A DNA stretch of 63,849 nt, counting the filler, from an uncultured Methanosarcinales archaeon (GTDB lineage Archaea > Nanobdellota > Nanobdellia > Woesearchaeales > CAYXTQ01), in assembly GCA_964608065.1 (NCBI GenBank). It is 5 parts of 5 records of this genome, joined end to end, with 100 filler letters (N's around TTAATTAATTAA, not from the genome) between each part and the next. Parts side by side here need not be neighbours in the genome. Positions count along the whole stretch, not along the records: positions 29,042 to 42,784 come from CAZSMA010000036.1; positions 42,885 to 56,357 come from CAZSMA010000037.1; 3 more parts are not named here. One strand, written 5' to 3'. The translations under genes and the position numbers were made by a program. The stretch's first letter is position 1. The number at the start of each line of letters is the position of its first letter. Positions 39,074-50,034 of the stretch are shown here, piece by piece. Below the pieces are notes generated by a model, which saw only the letters and a list, made by a program, of their open reading frames with translations, was not told the origin of the DNA and did not search any database.

Positions 39074-42000
39074 AATCAAAAGTATTAATAGGGCTTATTG
39101 CATTTTTTATATTATCAATTTTAATAGCTTCAGCAAGTGACTTACCGGTCTATTTTGATTGGAGGGCTAAAGATGGAAAAAATTGGATGACTTTAGTAAA
39201 ACACCAAGGTAATTGTGGCTCTTGTTGGGCACATAGTACTTTAGGAACTTTTGAAGCACAATATAACATTGATAAAAATAATCCTAATTATAATTTCGAT
39301 CTTTCAGAACAGTATTTAGTAGCAGATTGTTATAGTTATGGTTCTTGTTGCGGCATACCTGGAACAAACCTTGGTCCAGTGTTAAATTATATGAAAAATG
39401 AAGGGGCCCCTGATGAAAATTGTTTAAATTATGAAGATAGATGGGGTTGTACCTGTAGTGGAGGAAGTTGTGATACAAACTGTAATTATAATACAAGTAA
39501 ATTTTCAAACTGTAGTGATTTTATTTGTTCTGATAGATGCGATGATTGGGAAAGCAAATTATATAAAATAAATGATTATGAGTCTATTTCTAGCAATAAA
39601 GAAGCAATTAAAAGTTATCTATATGAAACAGGACCTATTGCGGTTGTTATGTATTGGGATGGTGTTGAAAATTTGAGCGCCAAAATTTACACATGCTCTC
39701 CAGATGGCGGTTCTGGGGGATATCATGCTGTAATTATAACAGGATATAATGAAACAGGTGATTATTGGATAGTTAAAAACAGTTGGGGGGCCGATTGGGG
39801 ACCTTATGATAATGGATACTTTTATGTTGGTTTTGATGAATGTTCAATACAAAATTATGCTTATGGTGTAAGTGTTAAAAAACCAATTATTAACATAAAC
39901 TCTCCTACAACAGATTCTCCAGTTACCACAGGAACACCTGATAATCCACAACACATTACAGTTAAAGTTAATGCTAAATATCCAGATGGCTTTCCAGTTA
40001 TCGGTTTGAGTAGTGATGATTTTAATATCACTATAGGTGGGACTTTAGAGGGTTTTGATTATCCTGTTGGAGAAACTGGTAATGCTACTGAAGCCAATGA
40101 TGGTGATGGTTGGTATAATTCACAAGAGTTTGGTGAACCAAATCCCGACTTTGAAAATAAACTTCACCTTGGTGAAGATTGGAATAGTGAATCTGGAGGA
40201 GACACAGATTGTGGAGCATCAGTATATGCTACCTCAGATGGAACAATAGTTTATGCTGAAGATGCAGGTTCTGGGTGGGGTAATGTTACCATTATTCGTC
40301 ATCAATTACCAAATGGAACAGAAGTTGAATCTTTATATGGACATCTACAGAGTATGAGTAAGACCAGTGGAACTGTTAAAAGAAGAGAACAAATAGGCAC
40401 TATAGGGAAAAATGGTTGGGATTATTGTCATTTACATTTTGAAATAAGATTTTCAAATTGCCCTGAATGGGGGGTTCCAGGACCAGGGTACAGTTATAAT
40501 ACCACAGGTTGGACAGACCCCTCAGATTTTATTGATGAAAATCGTCCTAGTTCTGGGAAGAAAAAAAGTAAACCATCTTTATTCACTCTCACATCTGGTT
40601 CACTTGGAGAATACATCCTTGGTGTTTTGCCACCAACACAAGACAGTATTGGTTTGTATGATTTGAATGTAACTTTAGTAGGTAAAACAAGTGCTTTAGA
40701 GGAATCCTGTATAAAATACATTGAATCAACTAGTGTTGATGTTCCTTTGATAATTGACATATCTGGCAGCATGAGTACAAATGACATGCCCCCTTACGCT
40801 AACAGAATTGAAGCTGCTAAAGCTGCTGCAAAAAGTCTTTTAGACTTTACTGATTTAGGTGACAGGTCTGCTTTGATTTCTTTTGTAAGCAGTTCTGCAG
40901 TAAATCTTCATTTGACAAATGATTTGGAGTCTGTAAAAAGTGCAATTGATACTTTATCTGCTAGTGGTTCAACTGCTATGGGAAATGGTATTTATGATGG
41001 TGTTAACGAGTTATTAACCAATGGAAATCAAAGTCATCTATGGTCTTTAATATTGCTTACAGATGGCTGTTGGAATGTAGGGAGTAATCCAATTACAGCT
41101 GCAGAATATGCAGCCACTAACAGCATACCAATTTATACAATAGGCATTGGTGATAGCCTTTGTGAAACAGATTTAATTACTATCGCAAGCATTACACAAG
41201 GCACTTATCAGTATGCTAAGCAAGCCTTAGATCTGCACTCCATTTATTTAAGCATGGCAGGAATGATAAAAGGGGAAGCAAAAGTAGCAAGTGAAACTGA
41301 TGTGATAACGCAAAATCAAACATGTGAGCAAAGTGTTTTTGTGGATGATTCTGTAAATGAATTCAGATTCAGTGTAAATTGGTTAGGTTCAGATGTAGAC
41401 ACTTTCTTGTATTATCCAAATGGAACCCTTGTTGATCCTAATACAGATCCTAACATAGAATATTCAGGAAATTTAACAAAACCAGAATGGTATAAAGTAG
41501 TTAATCCTGAAACAGGTTCGTGGAATGTCAGCATTTACGGAGAAGATATTCCTGTTCCTGAAAATTATTCGTTTATTTCTAGTGTTAAAACAAACTTGAC
41601 TTTAAAAGTTATTATAGATAAGACAGATGTTGATTTAGAAAGTCCTATAAAGATTGTTGCAAGCATTATGAATGTATCCGATCCTGTAATTGGAGCAAGT
41701 GTTACAGCTGAGATTATAAAACCAGATAATAGTTTAGATCTATTAGTCTTAGATGATAAAAATAATGGAATATATGAAGAATATTATACAAATACAAACC
41801 TAATAGGGGGTTATACAATAAAAGTATATGCAGAAAAACCAGGAGAATTCATAAGACAAACTAATACGCAATTTATTGTAGAGGATTTTGCTAATGAAGT
41901 AGATATAATACCTAATTATTGGAACCTAAGCCTTGATTTAGGAGACACAACACATAATACATTTAATGTTTCTGTAAGTCCTGATGCTAATTTGTCTTCA

Positions 42001-42784
42001 GATTTTATTGCTTTAATTCATTCTACAACATTAACAAGCGACGAAGGACATGTTATAGAAGAAAGTGCTTGGAGTTTATCTAAAGACACACTTATAATAA
42101 CAAAAGGTAGTTCTGAAACATTTAATGCAAGTTTAGCAATTCCAGGCAATGCTAAGCCAGGATCATATATTGGAGCAATAATAATCAATTCAAATATTGG
42201 AACATTTAGTGTAAACATAAATTTAAATGTTAAAGGAAAAGGAATTATTCCAATGGATAGTGGTAAACCATTTTTTACTTATAACCAAAATCCCGTTTAT
42301 CCTGAAAATTTAACATGTTTGAATAATATGCATGATGGTGATGAGTGTGAGCAAACATGGGTGGTTAATACAACAGGAAATATAGATACTACTTACGAAT
42401 TCTTTGTAATATATGAAGGAGTAAAATATCCTCTTACTTCAAGTGAGACTGATAGAGTTAATATAACAATAATAACTATGTGTATAGATAATGATGGTGA
42501 TGGATTTAATGTAACTGGTGACGCCTGCGGACCTGTTGACTGTAATGATACAAATACTACAATATATCCTGGAGCAACTGAAATTTGTAATGGTGTAGAT
42601 GATGATTGTGATGGGGTAATTGATGAGGGTTGTTCCATATTGTACTATAACATCCAATTATTTACTGGTTGGAATTTATTTTCTATTCCATTAAATTTAT
42701 TGAATAATAGTTTAGGTTATGCTTTGTCTTCAATAGAAGGAAACTATGGAAACATGTTTACTTACTTGGATAATAAATTGTTAC
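39070..42784 (+). CDS. secreted multidomain peptidase: papain C1A + M23 + vWA + Ig + Cys/Asp motif + GWN module, 3'-truncated
   Basis: QGNCGSCWAH, YHAVII, KNSWG; HLGED, YGHL, HLHFEIR; DISGSM, LLTDG; DCND...PGATEICNGVDDDCDG; LFTGWNLFSIP. Confidence 0.88.
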
Positions 42785-42884
42785 NNNNNNNNNNNNNNNN
42801 NNNNNNNNNNNNNNNNNNNNNNNNNNNNTTAATTAATTAANNNNNNNNNNNNNNNNNNNNNNNNNNNNNNNNNNNNNNNNNNNN
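42785..42884. other. artificial contig-joining linker
   Basis: N44-TTAATTAATTAA-N44. Confidence 0.98.
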
Positions 42885-43786
42885 GTTTCTGTTGGAAAAC
42901 CGCAGATTATGTCTGTTGAGATAGTTAAATCTGGAATACTTAGTCTGAATTTTTTAACAACTTCTTTGAAATCTTCTATATTATATTGCCTGTTCATTAA
43001 TTTTAGAATTTCATTGTTGCCAGACTGTACTGGGATGTGTAAGAATTTGAACATTTTTTCATTTTTGTAAATATTGATTAAACCATCTGAATATTTTTTA
43101 ACATGGTTTGGGTTAATCATTCCTAATCTTACTTTAAAATCACCATCTATAGCTAATATTTTTTTCATTAAGTCGACAATGTTGTTGTTTTCAAAATCAT
43201 ATTGGCCGTTATCCTGGGAAGTTATCCATATTTCTTTTACGCCATGGGTTAAGTGTCTGTTGACCTGTTCGATAATATCATTTACAGGATAAGAAAATAA
43301 ACGGCCTTTAACATAAGTTACAGAACAATAAGAGCATTGAAAATTGCAGCCAGAACTTATAGGAACTATACCAATGATCTTGTTTTTCATAACTCTTGGA
43401 AGATTTAGTTTTACTTCCTTTGTTTTTGCTATGATAGTTATAGGATTATCATTGATTGTTTCTTCAACTACAGAAACAATCTCTTTTATATTGTGTGTGT
43501 TGATTAAAGAAGCTTCAGGAGCAATCTCTTTTGCTTCTTCAATGATTTTTTTTGTTATACAGCCTGCTATTACTAATTTTTTAAAAGGAAATTGTTCTTT
43601 TGCTAATCTTATTTCTTTCATAGCTTTAGATTCACCTTTAACTGTGCAGATGTTTAATATGATTATATCAGAATCTTCTGCTTTAGAAACTAGTTTGAAT
43701 CCTGCTTTAGCTAATATTCCCTGCATTATTTCTGATTCGCTGAAATTTACAGTGCAGCCGAATGTTTTAAATGAGATTTTTTCCAT
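42885..43786 (-). CDS. mtaB: tRNA methylthiotransferase (MtaB/MiaB family), 3'-truncated
   Basis: TFGC, NICTV, IAGC N-domain; GCNFQCSYC; HIPVQSG; DIICGFP. Confidence 0.85.
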
Positions 43787-43878
43787 GATTCTTATGGTGT
43801 TAATAGCCTATTTAAATGTTTTCTTATATCTAACAATAAAACCAAAACCTATGAAAAACATACTGTTTTTCAAGGTTC

Positions 43879-43899
43879 CGAAAATGCAAAGCGTTTTCG
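43879..43899. repeat. hairpin CGAAAATGC-AAA-GCGTTTTCG abutting a TATA box
   Basis: Inverted repeat immediately upstream of TTTATAAA (43905). Confidence 0.45.
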
Positions 43900-43936
43900 A
43901 TAACTTTATAAACTAACCATAATACAGAATAGTAAA

Positions 43937-44305
43937 ATGAGCACTAAGAAATACAAGACATATAATGGTAAAATAATAATAGGATTATCTGAAAATATAA
44001 TCATAAAAGGGCCAGAAGGGACTAAAGAAGTAGCTGCAAAGGTAGATACAGGAGCAACAAAATCATCTATAGATTCAAGTTTAGCTGCATATTTAAAACT
44101 AGGTCCAATAGTAAGAACAAGATTAGTTAAATCAGCGCACGGAAACAGCATAAGACCTATGATTGAGGTTGAGATTGAACTAGCAGGCCAAAAGTTAAAA
44201 GAACAGTTCACAATTGCAGACAGGGCTCATATGAAATATAAAATATTGATTGGACAGAATATTTTAAAAGATTATTTTTTAATAGATCCGTCAAAACTCC
44301 CGTAG
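43937..44305 (+). CDS. RimB-like retropepsin-type protease
   Basis: AKVDTGATKSSID, DRAHMKYKILIG; adjacent to rimK. Confidence 0.85.
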   Translation: MSTKKYKTYNGKIIIGLSENIIIKGPEGTKEVAAKVDTGATKSSIDSSLAAYLKLGPIVRTRLVKSAHGNSIRPMIEVEIELAGQKLKEQFTIADRAHMKYKILIGQNILKDYFLIDPSKLP

Positions 44306-44348
44306 GAGTTTTTGGGATCCTCAAAATTCATAGAATTTTGTTGGACCC
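44285..44348. repeat. double-hairpin insert bounded by GATCC/GATCC/GACCC
   Basis: CAAAACTCC-CGTA-GGAGTTTTTG and CAAAATTC-ATA-GAATTTTG. Confidence 0.55.
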
Positions 44349-44360
44349 TTCAAGATTACC

Positions 44361-45455
44361 ATGAAAGCAGCATTAATAAGTCAAGGAAGTGTAAGTTCAA
44401 AGTGGACATTAGAAGCTATGAAGAAGTACTTTAAAGAGGTTGATGATATCAACTTAAAAGATATTGAAGTAGATGTAGACACAGGAAAGCTTGAGGTTTT
44501 GCATAAAGGAATACCTTTACCAACAGACTATAATTGTATTTTTGCAAAAGGCTCATTCAGGTATATGCCGCTTTTACGTTCTATTACAATTGCCTTACAT
44601 CATACAACTTATATGCCAATCAAGCCAGAAGCTTTTGAGATTGGCCATGATAAATTCTTAACACAACTTGTTCTTCAAAAAAACAATATACCAATGCCAA
44701 AAGCTTATTTGACTGCTACTTCTGAATCTGCTAAAAAAATATTAGAAACAATAAATTATCCTATTATCATGAAGTTTCCATCTGGAACACAGGGAAAAGG
44801 TGTTATGTATGCTGAAAGCTTTGCAACTGCTAACAGTATGTTGGATGCATTAACTGCTTTAAACCAGCCTTTTATCATACAGGAATATGTTGAAACAGAT
44901 GGAACAGATACAAGAGCGTTTGTAGTTGGAAACAGGGTTGTAGCTGCATACAAAAGAGTAGCACTTACAGGAGAAAAAAGAGCAAATATTCATGCAGGAG
45001 GAATTGGAGAGCCTTGTACACTGCCTCCAAAAGCAATGAAAATTGCAGTAGCATCTGCAAAAGCAGTTGGAGCAGAGATTTGCGCAATAGATTTATTAGA
45101 AGATGTTAAAGGTCATGTTGTTTTAGAAGTTAATTTAAGTCCCGGATTACAGGGAATAACCCAGACTACTAAAATTGATGTTGCTGATAAGATTGCTAAA
45201 TATCTTTATGAGAAAGCAAAAACTGCTTCTGAAAGTAAAGAAGTAAGCACTAAAGATATATTAGAAGAGATGGGTATTGAGAAGCCGGAGCAGATAAAAG
45301 AGATTATTACAAATTTGGATTTCAGAGGCGATAGGATATTATTGCCTAAAGCTATAACTAATATTTCTAAACTTAAAGAAGAGGATGAAGTAACTATTGA
45401 TGCTGATGAAGATATAGTTATTATAAAGAAATTTATAGATGGGAAAAGAAAATAA
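44361..45455 (+). CDS. rimK: RimK-family ATP-grasp ligase with C-terminal AbrB-like extension
   Basis: GTQGKGV, IIQEYV, DTRAFVVG, RANIHAGG, LEVNLSPG. Confidence 0.88.
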   Translation: MKAALISQGSVSSKWTLEAMKKYFKEVDDINLKDIEVDVDTGKLEVLHKGIPLPTDYNCIFAKGSFRYMPLLRSITIALHHTTYMPIKPEAFEIGHDKFLTQLVLQKNNIPMPKAYLTATSESAKKILETINYPIIMKFPSGTQGKGVMYAESFATANSMLDALTALNQPFIIQEYVETDGTDTRAFVVGNRVVAAYKRVALTGEKRANIHAGGIGEPCTLPPKAMKIAVASAKAVGAEICAIDLLEDVKGHVVLEVNLSPGLQGITQTTKIDVADKIAKYLYEKAKTASESKEVSTKDILEEMGIEKPEQIKEIITNLDFRGDRILLPKAITNISKLKEEDEVTIDADEDIVIIKKFIDGKRK

Positions 45456-45506
45456 AAAAATTTATATACATTCTATATTTGTAGAGATTGTTTTGGGAGG
45501 ATAACT

Positions 45507-46298
45507 ATGATTTATGAATTATTAGCTAAGATTAAAGAGAATAAACCATTAGTACATCATCTTACTAATTGGGTTACAATCTATGATTGTGCGAATATAA
45601 CAAGAGCTATAGGCGCATTACCTGTTATGGCTCATGCAAAAGAAGAATCTGCTGATATGGCTTCTATTGCTTCAGCTTTAGTTCTGAATATTGGGACTTT
45701 AACTCCTGAGTTTGTTGATTCTATGATTAAAGCTGGAAAATCTGCTAATAAAAAAAACATTCCTATTGTTTTAGATGTAGTTGGAGTTGGAGCTACAAAA
45801 TTAAGAGATGACAAAGCTTTTGAGATATTAGATAATGTTAAAGTTAGTATTATAAAAGGAAATTCTTCAGAGATTGCTAAATTAGCTGGAGAAGATGTTG
45901 TGACTAAAGGTGTAGAAGCAACTGAAGTTGAAGCTAATTTAATTGAAGTAGCAAAGAGATTAGCTAAAGAAAGAGACGCAACTGTTGTTATAACAGGAAA
46001 AGAGGATATTGTTACAAATGGCGAAAAAACATTTATTGTGAAAAACGGCCATGAGATGTTAGGAAAATTTGTCGGAACAGGTTGTATGGTTGCTTCTGTT
46101 ATTGGCAGTTTTGCAGCTGTTGAAAATGATTATGCAAAAGCTGCTATGGCTGCTTTAGTTAGTTTTGGAATAGCAGGAGAACTAGCAGCTAAAGAATCAA
46201 AAGGTCCTGGAAGCTATAAAGAGAATTTTTATGATGAAGTTTATAATTTGGATAAAGAGAAAATAGATTCTATGAAGAAGTTTGAAGAATTAAAATGA
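45507..46298 (+). CDS. thiM: hydroxyethylthiazole kinase
   Basis: [27 protein letters not shown]. Confidence 0.95.
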   Translation: MIYELLAKIKENKPLVHHLTNWVTIYDCANITRAIGALPVMAHAKEESADMASIASALVLNIGTLTPEFVDSMIKAGKSANKKNIPIVLDVVGVGATKLRDDKAFEILDNVKVSIIKGNSSEIAKLAGEDVVTKGVEATEVEANLIEVAKRLAKERDATVVITGKEDIVTNGEKTFIVKNGHEMLGKFVGTGCMVASVIGSFAAVENDYAKAAMAALVSFGIAGELAAKESKGPGSYKENFYDEVYNLDKEKIDSMKKFEELK

Positions 46299-46912
46299 TA
46301 GATTTTGATCTTTATTTTATAACTGACAGAAACTTAACAAAAAAAAATATAATAGAAGATGTAGACAATGCAGTTAAAGCTGGTGTTAAGGTTGTGCAGT
46401 ATAGGGATAAAGATGTTTCAACAAAAGAAATGTTAGAGATTGCTGTTAAATTAAAAGGAATATGCAAGGATAAAGCATTGTTTTTGATTAATGACAATGT
46501 AGATATTGCTTTAGCTGTTGATGCAGATGGAGTTCATCTTGGACAGGATGATATGCCTTATGATAAAGCAAGAAAATTGTTATGCAATAAAATAATTGGA
46601 TTGACAGCACATAATGTTAAAGAAGCCTTAGGGGCTGAGAAATTAGGGGCAGATTATATTGGTGCTAGTCCAATATTTGAGACTTCTACTAAATTAGATG
46701 CAGGCAATGCTGCTGGGATTAAATTGATTGAAGACATTAAAGCAAAAGTTAATATTCCTGTTGTTGCTATTGGAGGTATTAATTTGGATAATATGGAAGA
46801 ATGTTTGAAAGCTGGAGCTGATGGTTTAGCAATGATTTCGACAATAGTTAATAAAGAAAATGTTGAAGAAGAGTGTAGGAAAATTAGAGAGGTTATTTTG
46901 AAATACAAATGA
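46295..46912 (+). CDS. thiE: thiamine-phosphate synthase
   Basis: [28 protein letters not shown]. Confidence 0.95.
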   Translation: MIDFDLYFITDRNLTKKNIIEDVDNAVKAGVKVVQYRDKDVSTKEMLEIAVKLKGICKDKALFLINDNVDIALAVDADGVHLGQDDMPYDKARKLLCNKIIGLTAHNVKEALGAEKLGADYIGASPIFETSTKLDAGNAAGIKLIEDIKAKVNIPVVAIGGINLDNMEECLKAGADGLAMISTIVNKENVEEECRKIREVILKYK

Positions 46913-48144
46913 CACAACTGAAAAAAAGCAGAGAAAATAAAATAACAAAAGAGATGAGAATAGTTGCTAAAGCAGAAAAACATAGTTTAGATTTTATAAG
47001 AAAAAACATTGCTAATGGTAAGATTGTAATTCCTGCTAATAAATTTCACAAAAATCTGAAACCAATTGGAATTGGTTATAGATTAAAAACTAAAATCAAC
47101 GCAAACATCGGAACTTCTCCATACAAATACAATATAAATGAAGAATTAGAAAAATTAAAAATTTCTGTTAAACATGGTGCAGATGTTGTGATGGATTTAA
47201 GCACTGGCGGAGACTTGAATAAAATAAGAAAAACACTGATTAAAAATTCTCCAATACCATTCGGAACTGTTCCTATATATCAGACTGTTGTTGAGAATGA
47301 TTTGTTAAATATAAATTCTGATAATTTATTAGATACAATTGAACTGCAAGCAAAGCAAGGTGTTGATTTTGTTACTGTCCATGCTGGTTTGACAAGAAAT
47401 GCAATTCCTTTGTTGAAGAGAAGATTAACAGGAGTTGTTTCTAGAGGGGGGAGTTTTTTAGTTAAATGGATGAAACACCATAAAAAAGAAAATCCACTTT
47501 ATTCTAATTATGAAGCTTTATTGGATATTGCACATAAATATGATTTAACCCTCAGCTTAGGAGATGGTTTAAGACCTGGAAGTATAAAAGATGCAACAGA
47601 TAAAGCACAGATACATGAATTAAAAATATTGGGAAAATTAACTAAAAGGGCATGGGAAAAAGATGTTCAGGTTATGATTGAAGGTCCAGGCCATGTTCCA
47701 ATAAATCAGATTGAGAAAAATATCAAAATGCAGAAGAAATATTGCTATAATGCTCCATTTTATGTTTTAGGTCCATTAGTTACAGATATTGCACCAGGTT
47801 ATGATCATATAACTGGAGCTATTGGAGGCGCATTAGCTGGTTATTATGGAGCAGATTTTTTATGTTATTTGACACCAGCAGAACATTTAAGGCTACCTTC
47901 TATTGATGATGTTAAAGAAGGTGTTATTGTAACTAAAATAGCAGCTCATGCAGCTGATATTGCAAAAGGTATTAAGGGAGCAATTGACAGGGATCATTTG
48001 ATATCTAAGTATAGAAAACAGTTTGACTGGGAAAAACAGTTTTCTTTAGCTATTGATCCTGATAAAGCTAGAAGTTATAGGAAGGAAAGTAAGATTAAAG
48101 ATAAGGTTTGTACAATGTGCGGTGAATTTTGTAGTATGAAATGA
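46909..48144 (+). CDS. thiC: phosphomethylpyrimidine synthase
   Basis: KINANIG, MDLSTGG, GTVPIYQ, EGPGH, CTMCGEFC. Confidence 0.96.
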   Translation: MTQLKKSRENKITKEMRIVAKAEKHSLDFIRKNIANGKIVIPANKFHKNLKPIGIGYRLKTKINANIGTSPYKYNINEELEKLKISVKHGADVVMDLSTGGDLNKIRKTLIKNSPIPFGTVPIYQTVVENDLLNINSDNLLDTIELQAKQGVDFVTVHAGLTRNAIPLLKRRLTGVVSRGGSFLVKWMKHHKKENPLYSNYEALLDIAHKYDLTLSLGDGLRPGSIKDATDKAQIHELKILGKLTKRAWEKDVQVMIEGPGHVPINQIEKNIKMQKKYCYNAPFYVLGPLVTDIAPGYDHITGAIGGALAGYYGADFLCYLTPAEHLRLPSIDDVKEGVIVTKIAAHAADIAKGIKGAIDRDHLISKYRKQFDWEKQFSLAIDPDKARSYRKESKIKDKVCTMCGEFCSMK

Positions 48145-48174
48145 CTACCCTTCCATTGTCTAAATTTTAGTATT

Positions 48175-50034
48175 TTACATTAATCTTTGCTTAACTGTTC
48201 TGATTCTTTCTGCTACTGGTATTTGTTTACTGCCATCATAAATGTCTACACAACCCTTGTTTACTTTAGTTGCCCATTTGACAGCTTCAGGAAACTCTTC
48301 TCTACAGTACATTAATTGAGGAATTGGAAGAAAACCAGCTTTAAGGATACTATATAAACCTTCTGGACTATATGGGTTTTGAATACATTCTTCAATTGCA
48401 GATAAAACAACCTTAGCTCCATTAACAAGATAATTTGTTCTATCTTTCAATTCAGAATTTTCTGATATATCCTCCACTTCACCCCTTTTCTTTAAATTGC
48501 GATATAAGTCAAGAGCCCTCCTCGTAATTTGAATGCTTTCATTAATAACTTTTGGATTAGCTAAATCGTTTCCTTCAGAGTAACTTACAACGTGTATAAT
48601 ATCTGGACTTTGTATATTATACGCTTCAATATCATCCATAAGAGCTGTAACCGCTGCAAGCTGAATTTTTGCTTTTACTGGATCATGTGAAAGATAATCA
48701 AGTCCTGCCCTAGTTTGCAGATATATTCTGAAACTTGAATCTTCTAATTCTCTCACTAAATTAAGTGTTGCTCTAGTCTTTGCGAGATCATTTACACCCC
48801 ATGTGTATTTAGGAACATTAAGCATTGTTTGCAATATCATATCTTTTACCCCTTTTTTTTTTGCAACTTTTGCAGCAATAACCGCAGAGACAACATAACT
48901 TATATCATCTCCTCCTCTGAAAGCAAAGTGATGTGGTACATTTGGTTCATAAGGTTTTCCTGTTGATGCTATATACTCCAAAGTGTCAAATTGTTCTTTA
49001 AGATTATCCATAACTGAGTTGGGCCCTCTTCCATCAATTTGTGAGAACCACCATAAAGATAAAGCATGCCATGCAATATTTATTGTAGATTCGTACATCT
49101 CAGCAAGCTCTCTTATGTTTTTGGTGCCTGCGTAGGTTCTAATTAGCATAGGCCTTGATATATCAAATATCTCATTGTACTCTTCAGGAGAACTTATCGG
49201 AACCCCTCCCCCATTAGGTAATCCATTCCAATTTCCACCGAATCTTTCTTGTGTTAATTGTGATGTTCCTATTGAGAGCACATCAAGTAACCCTTTTTCT
49301 GCTAGTAGCTTTGACCATTCCATAAATTGCCTTACTGCTTCTTTCCTATTCTCTTGATATGGGCCAGCATGTGCTCTTATTATTGGAGGAAAATTTCTTG
49401 TTTTTCCATGTTGTATCCTATCAACTAGTTTCTCATTTTTAGTTCCAAAATTTCTTGAGCCGGAGTTATCAACTGGTGAAACAGAACTATAATCTGCCCT
49501 TTTTATTACATCATTGCCAAATTCATCTAATGCTCTATCATAAGGGTGTTGCCAAATTTTGCTTTTTGGAGCCATGCTTGGATCAATCTTGAATATTTTT
49601 AGACTTTCATTAGGAGTTTCATCACCATAAAAAACACCTATATCCCCTCCATAAATTTGCTTAATCCTTTCACACGCAGCAGGTAATCCTGCAAAATAAA
49701 CTGCTTTTATTTTACCACCATATCCTTCTAAAAGTTTTTTATCTCTTAATTGATACATCAATTTCCTAAAAATAGATACAGCATCATCAGGATTTAGCCT
49801 ATAACTAAAACCCAGGACTGTAACTTGGTTTTCCAGAACCCATTTTTGGATTAGTGATGAATTATTTGCATTACTTGGATTGGAAAAAGCTCTCGAAACT
49901 TCTGGATTTCCAATCACTGTTGTAAATCCTGATTCTTGTAAGATATCATCAATAGTTGATATTCCAAGCACATGCGCATCTACTTCTGTCTTAACTAATC
50001 CAACAATATCGGAAGGTTTCATTGGTTTTGGCAT
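48175..50034 (-). CDS. cobalamin-binding protein (N-terminal DxHxxG domain plus large C-terminal domain), putative AdoCbl mutase
   Basis: EVDAHVLG base-off/His-on motif and GFSYRL; no CxxxCxxC. Confidence 0.7.
   Translation of the reverse strand: MPKPMKPSDIVGLVKTEVDAHVLGISTIDDILQESGFTTVIGNPEVSRAFSNPSNANNSSLIQKWVLENQVTVLGFSYRLNPDDAVSIFRKLMYQLRDKKLLEGYGGKIKAVYFAGLPAACERIKQIYGGDIGVFYGDETPNESLKIFKIDPSMAPKSKIWQHPYDRALDEFGNDVIKRADYSSVSPVDNSGSRNFGTKNEKLVDRIQHGKTRNFPPIIRAHAGPYQENRKEAVRQFMEWSKLLAEKGLLDVLSIGTSQLTQERFGGNWNGLPNGGGVPISSPEEYNEIFDISRPMLIRTYAGTKNIRELAEMYESTINIAWHALSLWWFSQIDGRGPNSVMDNLKEQFDTLEYIASTGKPYEPNVPHHFAFRGGDDISYVVSAVIAAKVAKKKGVKDMILQTMLNVPKYTWGVNDLAKTRATLNLVRELEDSSFRIYLQTRAGLDYLSHDPVKAKIQLAAVTALMDDIEAYNIQSPDIIHVVSYSEGNDLANPKVINESIQITRRALDLYRNLKKRGEVEDISENSELKDRTNYLVNGAKVVLSAIEECIQNPYSPEGLYSILKAGFLPIPQLMYCREEFPEAVKWATKVNKGCVDIYDGSKQIPVAERIRTVKQRLM

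Noticed and set aside
45456..45506. TPP riboswitch upstream of thiM
   Set aside because: Only 51 bp, holding a TATA box and SD; no riboswitch consensus.
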